Virus record (IMG/VR): IMGVR_UViG_3300048444_000173
Location: 18,363-82,362 of that record
Length of the DNA: 64,000 bases
Strand: one strand, 5' to 3'
From: a virus
The notes under the pieces are model-generated. The model did not search any database, was not told the DNA's origin, and was given only the letters and a program-made list of their open reading frames with translations. How positions within the stretch are numbered: the first letter of the stretch is position 1; each line of letters begins with the position of its first letter. The position numbers and the translations under genes were made by a program. Positions 28,965-38,182 of the stretch are shown here, piece after piece.

Positions 28965-29635
28965 AAACTTTCCCTCCAGTTGTTGTAATAGTAAACCTGC
29001 GCTAATTCTAACTCAGGTATGTCCTTCGCACCGACACAATATTTACTCATGTGACGAAACACATAAGGTTCTACACAATTTGGTAATTGTTTTGATGCTT
29101 CTCTCATGTTTTTATACTGTTGTTCTAAATCATCGCCCGTCTCAAAACTCACAGAGAAATACTCCAACATGTCTTGTACCCACTCAGCATAGGCAGTTGA
29201 CCACTTTATCTTCTTAAGCCTTTCGTCACCAGATAGTTTCTTAGCTTGCTTATAGTCCCTTTGCGCCACACCAATTAAAGATTTAGCAAGTTTGTATGAG
29301 TACAGTTCCCCGATGCCAATAAAATTGAGAATACTATACATAAACTCTGGTAACTTCTTGTTTGACGCTATTATTTCAAAAAGTATAGTGCTGCTGCCTG
29401 TTACTAATCCATTGATCAAGCACCGAGGTGTTGCATACACAAAGTCCTCCCCATTGGTTTCATCTTTGTAGAAAAAGAAATGGTCGTTATTGTGTAGAGC
29501 GCCATCCATCTGAATATTTGGCTCCACCACACATAACCAATCCCTGTCCTTACCGTTAGGATTTCCAAACTCAATCTTTTCTATTACATATTTGTCCAAC
29601 TTGTTCTTAAAACACTCTGTTATTTTAATGTTCAT
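28961..29635 (-). CDS. putative Pol-beta-like nucleotidyltransferase (RlaP-like)
   Basis: hFGN-x4-DRD-hhhh motif; translationally coupled between the RNA ligase and Pnk. Confidence 0.45.
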   Translation of the reverse strand: MNIKITECFKNKLDKYVIEKIEFGNPNGKDRDWLCVVEPNIQMDGALHNNDHFFFYKDETNGEDFVYATPRCLINGLVTGSSTILFEIIASNKKLPEFMYSILNFIGIGELYSYKLAKSLIGVAQRDYKQAKKLSGDERLKKIKWSTAYAEWVQDMLEYFSVSFETGDDLEQQYKNMREASKQLPNCVEPYVFRHMSKYCVGAKDIPELELAQVYYYNNWRESL

Positions 29636-30714
29636 ACAAATTCCTCCAATAGTCGGTACTGTGCCTTTCTGTTCAGCTTGTAAAAATATTGGTGTGGTTC
29701 ACCACCCTTACTTCTCATGCTAAATAAAAGCGGGGAATATGGCTTCTTCAATGCTTTATAAGCGAAATCCTTCTGTTCCACAGTATCTTTAATTCTTTCA
29801 TAGTAACTGTAGCAACTAACAAACAAATAATCAAGAGCATCCATATAAGGCTGAAACAAATCCTTGTCCTCTGGGAATATAGCTAAGTATTCATCCTGCT
29901 CATTCTCAATAACCAAGTCCATAATCCGTTTAGGTGTTGGTACACCCTCTCCACGAATCTTATGTGCTGAGACATAGGCAGGATTCTTAACCTTGAGGAC
30001 AGGAACACCTTGTTTAGTATATAGCACATAACCTTCTTCTAAATTAGGTAACTCAGAAGCGTTGCGTACACACTCGCTAATACTACTGAACCCATACTTG
30101 CGTGGAGAATCCCACTGACTACTTACATCGACGTATTCACCTGTACTATTCACACGTTCTGCAAGAATATACAGCTTCTCTTCGTCATATTTTGTCACAA
30201 CTCGATTCCACTGACTTACTAATTCAAGGATATATGTAACACCTTTTGCTAATAGTGCTGTATCAATGTGTTGCAGATTACGCTCAATAAGGTCTGTCCA
30301 CGTTAAGTCGTGACCATTTATGCCCATATCTTTAGGCATAATCATAGAGCGAGTACGATACAACCAACCATATTTGTCGTTATACCACAACCCAATCAGA
30401 CTACCGTCGATCTTTTCGTGTGCTACTAGCTGAGTAATATCATAGTTATGCTCAACCTCCCCATGATTAAAGAATCGGTCAAAACTACGACTTTCCACAA
30501 CAAATTCACCAGAATCTTCTTGGCGCAACACTAGGCTACGACATTCCTGCACAATATCCTCCAGTTTAGGACTGGCAATTTGGTCATAGTTTAGCACAAA
30601 CAAGTCAGGATAATCTTCATTCTGGCTAACTTTGATACCATACTTTTCTTTCAACCGATCTAACCCGTATTCATTTACATAATCAACTGCCAGCATTATC
30701 AAACTCCTCTTCAA
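29632..30714 (-). CDS. rnlA: RNA ligase 1 (T4 Rnl1-like)
   Basis: ECRSL, FDRFFN, motif I EKIDGSL, EGYV, KVK. Confidence 0.9.
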   Translation of the reverse strand: MKRSLIMLAVDYVNEYGLDRLKEKYGIKVSQNEDYPDLFVLNYDQIASPKLEDIVQECRSLVLRQEDSGEFVVESRSFDRFFNHGEVEHNYDITQLVAHEKIDGSLIGLWYNDKYGWLYRTRSMIMPKDMGINGHDLTWTDLIERNLQHIDTALLAKGVTYILELVSQWNRVVTKYDEEKLYILAERVNSTGEYVDVSSQWDSPRKYGFSSISECVRNASELPNLEEGYVLYTKQGVPVLKVKNPAYVSAHKIRGEGVPTPKRIMDLVIENEQDEYLAIFPEDKDLFQPYMDALDYLFVSCYSYYERIKDTVEQKDFAYKALKKPYSPLLFSMRSKGGEPHQYFYKLNRKAQYRLLEEFV

Positions 30715-31033
30715 ATTCCTCTAGCGTAATAATTTCAATATCAACATCGTCCTTAGAGTTTTCCTTAACTTGCTCTAACCAACCACCAGCGTATAAGCTC
30801 ATGCCATACATCTTCTCATCTACTTCGTAAACACTACCGCTACCACCGTAGAAGCGTATTTTGCCATTATCAGTACGTTCATATTTCTCTACACCACTAT
30901 TAAGCCGATAATAATCACCAGAAGCAAAGCCACCATACCATGTCCCCATGACTCGGTAATGAACTTCACCATCTTCTACGTCTGTAATTCTTACCATAAC
31001 ATATTTATCTGGATAATATTCACTCATAATCAC
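30683..31033 (-). CDS. conserved phage hypothetical protein
   Basis: Y.PD.....; W.GG...GD..RLNSG; G.SGS.Y. Confidence 0.75.
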   Translation of the reverse strand: MIMSEYYPDKYVMVRITDVEDGEVHYRVMGTWYGGFASGDYYRLNSGVEKYERTDNGKIRFYGGSGSVYEVDEKMYGMSLYAGGWLEQVKENSKDDVDIEIITLEEFEEEFDNAGS

Positions 31034-31369
31034 TCCTCCTGTATTTTTGACCTATTATTCCGTCATAATTTCATTATTGCACAGTTTGACGCAAATCTTT
31101 GTCAAAACTATCTCTGTTCCAATACTTAGACGTATCCCCTTTGCGATAATCCTTGTCCTTAGATTTCACCACTGTTCCCTCAAAGGTATTTTTACCTGTT
31201 CTCTTGCTAAATTTTACTGTCAATGTCTTTTGTCTATTGCTCAGAAGCATAATTTCCTCCTATTTCATGCCTAAATCAACCGTCAGCTTATTTATGTCCT
31301 ATAACCTATGCCATCGTATTGCTAAAGTAATTTAGCCTAGCTCACGGCTCTGTCAGGCTTGCACATACG

Positions 31370-31430
31370 AAAAAAGGCACAGGAATAAACCCATGCCTTT
31401 GATTGTAATTGATGATTGAGAGTATGTCAA
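31370..31430 (-). promoter_or_regulatory. sigma70 promoter whose start site overlaps the thyX terminator
   Basis: TTGACA-N17-TACAAT (31430-31402), then AAAGGCAT...GTGCCTTT TTT. Confidence 0.7.
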
Positions 31431-31434
31431 GCTA

Positions 31435-32106
31435 TTATTTAGTTAAAGCGTCCCAACCAACACGGAAATCGTCAGGAATTTGTTGCTCAAGCTCTTTAGC
31501 AAACTCTTGCGCCTCTAATTGTGCGTCAGGTTTAGCACGTAAGTTATAAACATGAGCGAATGCCAGCAAATTACCTGTCCAAATCCATGTTACGAGCATT
31601 GATTGTGGTAATACCATTCGAGCCATTTCTGGGGCTACGTTTGCTTCTAACATTCGCTCATATAAGTCGATGCAGTCATCAATATGCTCACCGTAAGCAA
31701 CCTCTGGTGGCATCATATATTCGTCTGATAGTTGTGGCAACCGTATTTGTTCAACATATTCTTCGCCACTACCCTGCTTAATACTCTTGTCGGGACGACT
31801 ACGCCACTTCTCTGGCTCATAAAACCCAACAGGTTCATCAAGGTAACGCATAGACATTTCATTCCATGTGAGTCCGACCTGATGTTTCATCAACTGCCTT
31901 GCTAAGAAAATTGGAGCAGTACACCGAAACTGTAAACAATTATGACGAAAAGGTGTGATGTGTTGGTTTCGACCTAAGAAATCGACCAATTTAGCATCTT
32001 TTTCGTCAAATTCTTCCTTCCATTTGTTGAATGAAGTTCGGGCAGAGTTCACAATAGATAAATCACCACCCATACTATCGACTAATTCTACGCTAATTCC
32101 TTTCAT
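31435..32106 (-). CDS. thyX: flavin-dependent thymidylate synthase
   Basis: ARTS, H.TPF.H, ARQLMKHQ...NEMSMRY, APEMARMVLP, R..PDAQLE. Confidence 0.93.
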   Translation of the reverse strand: MKGISVELVDSMGGDLSIVNSARTSFNKWKEEFDEKDAKLVDFLGRNQHITPFRHNCLQFRCTAPIFLARQLMKHQVGLTWNEMSMRYLDEPVGFYEPEKWRSRPDKSIKQGSGEEYVEQIRLPQLSDEYMMPPEVAYGEHIDDCIDLYERMLEANVAPEMARMVLPQSMLVTWIWTGNLLAFAHVYNLRAKPDAQLEAQEFAKELEQQIPDDFRVGWDALTK

Positions 32107-32642
32107 AACAACTCCTCCAATGTCTCAATGTACTCAACTTTGTCCAATCCTTTATTATAAGGATATTCAATCGCAATTACACGCTCGATTCCTGCGTCTA
32201 ACCCTTCTTGTAAATGTTTAGGACTATCATCAACGAAAATGTCAGGCTTAATCTCTTCCAAAATCTCTTGCTTAGACTCTTGCATACCCAACAGGAACAC
32301 ATTATTCAGGTCAAGCCCTAATAATACATTCTTGCGCCGAGTATTGGCTACTTCATCGTCAGAATAGCTCGAAATAACCACAATATCGTATTTTTTCTGT
32401 AATTTTGGCAATAAATCACGCAAATATCCATAGACAGGAGGGTGTTCAGAGCGATTATACTGGCGAATCAGGCTAGTGAACTCATGCTCAAGCATTTGCG
32501 TGAACCATTTACTCATGTTGTGCGTATCAAATTTACTGTTGATATTTAAGCCATAGCCTTGCTTAATAGCAAAGCCAATAAATCCGCTAGCGTAATCGAA
32601 CAATACTTGGTCGCCGTCTAGGGCTAGTAGTTTTTTACTCAT
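32103..32642 (-). CDS. HAD-family 5'(3')-deoxyribonucleotidase-like protein
   Basis: DGDQVL, K, FVDD, YPYN. Confidence 0.75.
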   Translation of the reverse strand: MSKKLLALDGDQVLFDYASGFIGFAIKQGYGLNINSKFDTHNMSKWFTQMLEHEFTSLIRQYNRSEHPPVYGYLRDLLPKLQKKYDIVVISSYSDDEVANTRRKNVLLGLDLNNVFLLGMQESKQEILEEIKPDIFVDDSPKHLQEGLDAGIERVIAIEYPYNKGLDKVEYIETLEELL

Positions 32643-32857
32643 TCATCCTCCAATTTATACGTAAATGTTGCCCCATTCTCACAAACTAATTCATCGTCAC
32701 GGTCATACGACTGTAATTCTGAACCAATATCTGTGCAATAATTCTCAATTTTGTGTTCGATTGGTGATAAGTTAGCATTATCATAAACATTAGCACCAAG
32801 AATAAATCCACAGGATAAGAACATAAACACCATTAGAGATATACCACTGTCACTCAT
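32639..32857 (-). CDS. small membrane-anchored protein
   Basis: N-terminal TM, paired Cys. Confidence 0.6.
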   Translation of the reverse strand: MSDSGISLMVFMFLSCGFILGANVYDNANLSPIEHKIENYCTDIGSELQSYDRDDELVCENGATFTYKLEDE

Positions 32858-33531
32858 ACCTCACCCTCCTTTGTCCATTCACTAATAACATCATCACACT
32901 TAGCAATAAATTCCTCAAGTGTCCCGTCATTATACACATCAACGGTATTCTTGACAACCCCATCTGGCACATATTGGCGTGAATCTCCGTCAAAATCACC
33001 TCTACCCTTGATTCGGATAAGAAGGATATTGTCCATACCAATCCGAGCAATCGCTGGCTTAATTTCATCGGCAGTACCAAAGCAGCTGTCATCAATGTAG
33101 ATATTATCGCCATTAAGTGTCGCTGCTCGACATTTGCCGAAGTAATCCTTGCCGAATAATGGCTTACAGATTAGCTCAGATACATAAATGAGGCTTTCTC
33201 GCACCGATAACGCTGTGCGAGGGCTACCGTTACGCTGATTATGAGCAACAGATATAAGCAAGGTTTCTTTACCGAGTAATTTACCCAATTTATACGCCTC
33301 TTCATTTGGCACAGAGAATGCGGATAAAGGTGTTTCCTTAATATCTCGGTTCTCATATATCTCAAAGAACTCTTTCTCAGGAATATTGAACAGGTTTTGC
33401 GTCAATGTGAACAAGTGATCCTTACAGCGTGATTCGATTAGACCATACTTACCTTTTAACACATTCACTATCTCCGTCTTACCTGCCCCAATAGGAGCAG
33501 ACAAGAGGATTAGGCGTGGTTGTTGTGTCAT
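32854..33531 (-). CDS. deoxynucleoside monophosphate kinase
   Basis: P-loop APIGAGKT; KE.P; SVRE.LI..SE...KP.FG.DYFG; NDGT. Confidence 0.8.
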   Translation of the reverse strand: MTQQPRLILLSAPIGAGKTEIVNVLKGKYGLIESRCKDHLFTLTQNLFNIPEKEFFEIYENRDIKETPLSAFSVPNEEAYKLGKLLGKETLLISVAHNQRNGSPRTALSVRESLIYVSELICKPLFGKDYFGKCRAATLNGDNIYIDDSCFGTADEIKPAIARIGMDNILLIRIKGRGDFDGDSRQYVPDGVVKNTVDVYNDGTLEEFIAKCDDVISEWTKEGEV

Positions 33532-34316
33532 AGACTTTCTCCAAGTTTATTTGCCTGAGATTGTAACTCAGCAATTTGACGCTGTAATTGTTCATATTCT
33601 TCTCGGCGTTTATCTGCTTCGTTATCACGTTTCCAGATTAGTGTTAGGTTTTTATTAGTATGTTGTGTTAATAAATTTAATGCCACTGTTTGACTGGGGC
33701 ATTCGATTTCATAAACACATTCGATGTTATCACTAACCTTTGGAAGAAGTTCCCACCCATTAAACTCTCCAACGTTTGCATACTTTACATTTAAATATAA
33801 TAACGCGTCCCCCGCCAAAACCAATGCCTCTCTACCATCTTTCATTTTAACAACGTGTTTACCCGCCTCTAGCTTAGGCATTTTATTTGACTGCATAGTA
33901 ATTTCCTCCTCATTTACGTTGATTAGTTTTACTGAGTTAAATGCTTTTAAAAATCCATCTAAATTATATCTATGTGAAATTAATTCACCGCAATATACCC
34001 AGTGAGCGTTTTCGCCTATCTGATAATAAGCATGAATTAGTGATGAATCAGTCTTAAACAACCGACCAGTATCATCACCAGTGAGAATTTGAAGGTAGTG
34101 TACTTGTTTATGATTATGTTGGTTGAAATACTCTTGGTCAAAACCACCCTGAGTCATTTTTAATGAATCATCCACATATAAATATTTCTCGCCTTCATGT
34201 CTCACTGAAGCGCTCCCTGCGTATCTCCAACGAACACCATGCTCAAACAATTTCTCCTGAACCATTCGGCTAATCTCTGGCGTAGGTACTTTCACCTTGA
34301 TATTTCGATATTGCAT
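33528..34316 (-). CDS. hypothetical multidomain protein
   Basis: GGAGG RBS; C-terminal domain similar to 11254..11769. Confidence 0.75.
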   Translation of the reverse strand: MQYRNIKVKVPTPEISRMVQEKLFEHGVRWRYAGSASVRHEGEKYLYVDDSLKMTQGGFDQEYFNQHNHKQVHYLQILTGDDTGRLFKTDSSLIHAYYQIGENAHWVYCGELISHRYNLDGFLKAFNSVKLINVNEEEITMQSNKMPKLEAGKHVVKMKDGREALVLAGDALLYLNVKYANVGEFNGWELLPKVSDNIECVYEIECPSQTVALNLLTQHTNKNLTLIWKRDNEADKRREEYEQLQRQIAELQSQANKLGESL

Positions 34317-34508
34317 AATTTATCCCTCCAATTAAAACTTATATTCAGCATATAACTTATTATTGCTCTCATAACACTGTGTCACTGGTTTAGGCTCAAC
34401 ACTTGGTGCATTAACTTGGTGATAACTCCACTCTAACCCTAGCGCAACAACAGCAGCGGTAACACTGACCAAAGCATAATTCAATAATTCTTTCAAGTCA
34501 ATCCCTCC

Positions 34509-35054
34509 TTACAGAATAATTCCGTCAAAGTGTTTGTTGATAGCTATGGCGTGATTAGCTTGTGAAAGAGCGTCATCAATAGCTGAGTGGTGTGTACCAA
34601 CTCGTTCAATCTTGGGCGCACCTTTTAGGTTCTTCCACGTCCTGTAGCAAGCCTCATTCCAAAACTTCCAGAAAGGTTCTTGTCCACAAGCAAGGAAAGC
34701 ATTCTCAAGGATACCTAAGTCAAAACGTGCCGAGTTACCTACCATTGTAACGTTGTAGCTGTGTACGTTCTTGAACACGAAATTACGTAACTGTTGTAGT
34801 GCTTTATCAATGGGTACAGTTTTCTCATTAAATACTTTACGAGCATCTTCGTCCTGCTTCATCCAGAACTGAATTGTGCTACCGATAACGGTCATACCTT
34901 TATCCAAGCAACTTTGTATATCTACTGGCACATAGAATTTATCCTTAAATACCTTGTCAGCAGTAAATAGCACAACACCAATCGACGCAATAACCGCTGT
35001 GGGTTTTGTGTCCAAAGATTCTAGGTCAGTCATTCCGTAGATTTTATTTGCCAT
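34509..35054 (-). CDS. DEDDh 3'-5' exonuclease (DexA/RNase AS-like)
   Basis: DLES, IG.V.F, GN..FD, H.A.DDA..QA. Confidence 0.88.
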   Translation of the reverse strand: MANKIYGMTDLESLDTKPTAVIASIGVVLFTADKVFKDKFYVPVDIQSCLDKGMTVIGSTIQFWMKQDEDARKVFNEKTVPIDKALQQLRNFVFKNVHSYNVTMVGNSARFDLGILENAFLACGQEPFWKFWNEACYRTWKNLKGAPKIERVGTHHSAIDDALSQANHAIAINKHFDGIIL

Positions 35055-35057
35055 AAA

Positions 35058-35510
35058 TTATTCCTCCAATTTGTAAATGTAAACGTCATATTCTCCCAAA
35101 TACCACTCAATCAATTCTAGCACAATTTCCCAATCACCACCAGCCCTATCTGACGCAAATTTATAAGGAAAAGCTACTTTGACGTTAGGTGTTAGCTTAA
35201 GCTCATTACGAATATTAATTAGTCCCTGACATAATGCACCGTAACTAAGATGGCGTTTATCTGTGCCATAATAAAATTGTCCGTATAAATTCACCACACC
35301 ACCTTCGCTAAACCAAGCCGAGCCTAATTTATTCTTGCTATTATTGTAGCACCAAGTATCTAGCGCATAAGCGTCAGGACATTCGCGCTTAATTTGTCGT
35401 GCAATGCCGCTACCAAATTTATTTTGGCAATTACAACAGTGAACTAGCCAGTCAACATCGCCTCGTTTTACTGCTTTTACAGCATCGCCTTTGACGTAAG
35501 TAATGGGCAT
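35058..35510 (-). CDS. macrodomain ADP-ribose hydrolase (DarG/Tk.4-like)
   Basis: KGDA, HCCNC...GSGIA.QI, NLYGQ, AGGDW. Confidence 0.88.
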   Translation of the reverse strand: MPITYVKGDAVKAVKRGDVDWLVHCCNCQNKFGSGIARQIKRECPDAYALDTWCYNNSKNKLGSAWFSEGGVVNLYGQFYYGTDKRHLSYGALCQGLINIRNELKLTPNVKVAFPYKFASDRAGGDWEIVLELIEWYLGEYDVYIYKLEE

Positions 35511-35546
35511 AAGTTATTCCTCCAAGATCATTTCAACAGAGCCTAG

Positions 35547-35575
35547 AGTATAATTTAGTTATAGCGTTATGTCAA
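35547..35575 (-). promoter_or_regulatory. sigma70-type promoter
   Basis: TTGACA-N17-TATACT. Confidence 0.8.
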
Positions 35576-35785
35576 GCGATTAGGTCTACAAAAGGTGTAT
35601 AAATTTAGTAACGTAATGTAGACTAGGTGATACCATTGTAGCAATTATGGCGTAAAATAGGATATAATTACCACTATTGTAACAACTATGGGATATTTAG
35701 GTAGGTTTACTTAGGCAGGAATATGCGGTAATAATTGGCGTGAGTTTAGGATATAGTAAACTTTGGTACTGATAGTACGGTCATA

Positions 35786-35815
35786 AAGAAAAGCCCCAAC
35801 ATTGCGTCAGGGCTG
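35786..35815 (-). terminator. intrinsic terminator
   Basis: AGCCCTGAC-GCAAT-GTTGGGGCT followed by TTTCTTT. Confidence 0.8.
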
Positions 35816-35854
35816 ACCCGAGAGGAAATTTGTTAGATGTATTCTGTACTCATA

Positions 35855-35917
35855 TTAGGCTCCAGTAAATCCACCAACTAAAGGATCATCCCAAACACCC
35901 ACTTCACTCATTTTCAT
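35855..35917 (-). CDS. putative 20-aa micropeptide MKMSEVGVWDDPLVGGFTGA
   Basis: Strong AAGGAG RBS at ideal spacing. Confidence 0.4.
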   Translation of the reverse strand: MKMSEVGVWDDPLVGGFTGA

Positions 35918-35951
35918 ATTATTTCTCCTTAATTTATTTGCAAATAATTAA

Positions 35952-36117
35952 AGCAGGGACACTCGACCAAGAATACGCTCAATCCTTATTCCCTATTATC
36001 CTTACGGAAGTGGTATGACGTGTCTCTCTGACGTGATCTGCTAGGCCATACACCACAGCGTCAGATTTACAACATGACACTACTAGCTCTAATCGCTAAA
36101 TGTGAGAGGTTGTAAAT
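35952..36117 (-). ncRNA. putative structured ncRNA(s): three abutting stem-loops downstream of the tRNA
   Basis: Stems ATTTACAAC/GTTGTAAAT, TCTGACG/CGTCAGA, GACAC/GTGTC; no ORF. Confidence 0.45.
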
Positions 36118-36121
36118 ACGT

Positions 36122-36197
36122 TGGCGTTCCTACTAGGACTTGAACCTAGACCACAAACTTAGAAGGATTGTATGCTTTCCAATTACACTATAGGAAC
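36122..36197 (-). tRNA. tRNA-Arg (anticodon TCT), CCA encoded
   Basis: Acceptor GTTCCTA/TAGGAAC, T-arm CTAGG-TTCAAGT-CCTAG, anticodon loop CTTCTAA, 76 nt. Confidence 0.93.
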
Positions 36198-36279
36198 GAA
36201 TTAGCCCTACAGATTACGCACTGTAGGCTGCGGCATCATTACTGCGGAGGAGACAACGGCGATGCAACCGTGATTGATA

Positions 36280-36405
36280 TTAGCCCTCACCGCGTTTCGT
36301 CTTATTGTATGGGCGCTTATAATTCGCCCCAGAATTAGCACGATTACCCCATGCTTGATTGACGAAAACGTGTTCATAAGCCTTACGGCGTTCATCTTGT
36401 GTCAA
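36280..36405 (-). CDS. small basic protein (41 aa, TTG start)
   Basis: GAGGAG RBS; MTQDERRKAYEHVF... Confidence 0.5.
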   Translation of the reverse strand: MTQDERRKAYEHVFVNQAWGNRANSGANYKRPYNKTKRGEG

Positions 36406-36463
36406 AGTATTTGCTCCTCATTTGTTCGTGATGTTAGTTTGACAATGTTATTCAGGGTTAGTT

Positions 36464-37252
36464 TCATGCGTTGTTAATTCGTTCTTTGGCTATATTAAAA
36501 TAGTCTTGGTCAAGCTCAATACCAATAAAGTTTCGGTTTAAATTCTTAGCCGCTGCGCCAGTTGTTCCTGAACCCATAAATGGGTCTAAGACTACATCAT
36601 TACTTTCTGTCATTAGTTTGATAAAGAACTCTGGTAAATACAACGGGTAAACCGCAGGATGACCTATGTTAGCATTACTTGAGCTACCTGTTATGACATT
36701 AGATGGTCTAACCGTGTCGCTCGAAATCCTTTTACTCATGTTCATTCCAGACCCATTGTTAGTATTATGCTCGCCATTGTTCTTTCTGCGCTTTTCAGAT
36801 GCAAGCCACTTGGAATCTGATTTCACTAAAACTTTCTCTGGGTAAAACTTGTAAGACTTCGATTTGGAAAAATGAAGTACTCGCTCGTAGGCATCTTTCA
36901 ATCTCTTCTTGCTACCTGTTGGGAACGGGTTAGTCTTATTCCAAATGTATTCGTCAACCAACCTCCATCCATAGTTTTCAACCATTTCGATTATCAACTT
37001 ATACACGTATAGTTCGCGCTGACCATCTTTGCAATTTTCTTTTATGTTCAGAATCAACGAACCTGTTTCCTTTAACTTGTCTTTGCATAAATTCAATATG
37101 GGATGAAGGAATGAACCATACTCAGATACACTATAACCAGTGTAACTCCTCTGCTTTGCATAAGGAGGGCTTGTAACTATTAAGTCAACTGACCCATCAG
37201 GAATTTCTTTCATGACCTCTAAGCAATCGCCCTGCCGCAAATCTATATTCAT
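36464..37252 (-). CDS. orphan DNA methyltransferase, beta class (N4-cytosine/N6-adenine)
   Basis: TSPPY, HPA.YP, VLDPFMGSGTT. Confidence 0.92.
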   Translation of the reverse strand: MNIDLRQGDCLEVMKEIPDGSVDLIVTSPPYAKQRSYTGYSVSEYGSFLHPILNLCKDKLKETGSLILNIKENCKDGQRELYVYKLIIEMVENYGWRLVDEYIWNKTNPFPTGSKKRLKDAYERVLHFSKSKSYKFYPEKVLVKSDSKWLASEKRRKNNGEHNTNNGSGMNMSKRISSDTVRPSNVITGSSSNANIGHPAVYPLYLPEFFIKLMTESNDVVLDPFMGSGTTGAAAKNLNRNFIGIELDQDYFNIAKERINNA

Positions 37253-37362
37253 AATACTCCTCCATATTAATTTGTCTCAAGTATAGCACACTAACATTTC
37301 TAATGATACATTTATAGCACATTATTGGGCGAAATACTGGTTAATGTGCTGTTTAGGGTACG

Positions 37363-38178
37363 TTATGCTTTAGTCCAGTCTTTATCTGGCGCATATCGTT
37401 CTCGTAATGCTTTAGCAACACGTTCGTCTGATTGTTCATCAGCAAGTTGACAAGCGAGTTCGTGTTTGCGAGCTTGCCATACTTTGTGTGCTTCCATTGG
37501 GTCGTCGAAAGCACCCAACCGCTCAGCTTTACCAGTGAACGGGTTACCACACCTTGCAATAAATCTATTTTCTTTTTTACATAAGCTCGCACCAATAGGG
37601 TAAACTCCTACATTAGAAGGATATATGGCGAATAAGTTAGTTTTGGTGTCTACAAAAGCACAGTAATCTGGACAATAGACCTTGTTTCCTCTTTTTATAA
37701 TATCTTTGTCTAAAGCCAACCCTTCCCATTCTCTTTTTGTGACCCAATCCCTGAATTTTGTGAAATAAAGCCACTCGTCACAAACTGTGACATCTTTATA
37801 CACTGGTGCTGTTTTAAGACCTTTCTCTGAATAACAACGTCTTATCATTCCTCTCCATTTGTCATAGATAGGGCAGCTTTTCACTTCACCATCTTGATAG
37901 AACCGATTCTTGTGTTCCGTATCACAAATACCGACTCCGTGTATTTTATTCAACCCTCCGTTCGCATTCTTTTTGGTTTTTATATAAGGGTCTTTGAAGC
38001 AGCCGTTTTTAAAATGCCTACAGTCAACGATATAACGGTGTCCACTCTCGACTTCTATTAAGCAATTTTTAAAGTTGATATATTCGACAAGTTTGCCAAC
38101 GGAACCATTGTGGGATTCAACCACCATGCCTTCTCTTTCTGATTTCTGTTTAAGTCTACGCTCTTCTCTCCAGTCCAT
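37363..38178 (-). CDS. free-standing HNH homing endonuclease with AP2-like C-terminus
   Basis: Y..W..M.RRCY, V.VCDEW..F..F, LDKDI...GNKVYCPD.C.FV...N, LG.F....EA. Confidence 0.88.
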   Translation of the reverse strand: MDWREERRLKQKSEREGMVVESHNGSVGKLVEYINFKNCLIEVESGHRYIVDCRHFKNGCFKDPYIKTKKNANGGLNKIHGVGICDTEHKNRFYQDGEVKSCPIYDKWRGMIRRCYSEKGLKTAPVYKDVTVCDEWLYFTKFRDWVTKREWEGLALDKDIIKRGNKVYCPDYCAFVDTKTNLFAIYPSNVGVYPIGASLCKKENRFIARCGNPFTGKAERLGAFDDPMEAHKVWQARKHELACQLADEQSDERVAKALRERYAPDKDWTKA

Positions 38179-38182
38179 AATA

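Noticed and set aside
36060-36121. tRNA-associated HDV-like (theta) or hammerhead ribozyme
   Set aside because: No nested pseudoknot starting at the tRNA 3' end and no CUGANGA/GAAA core found by eye
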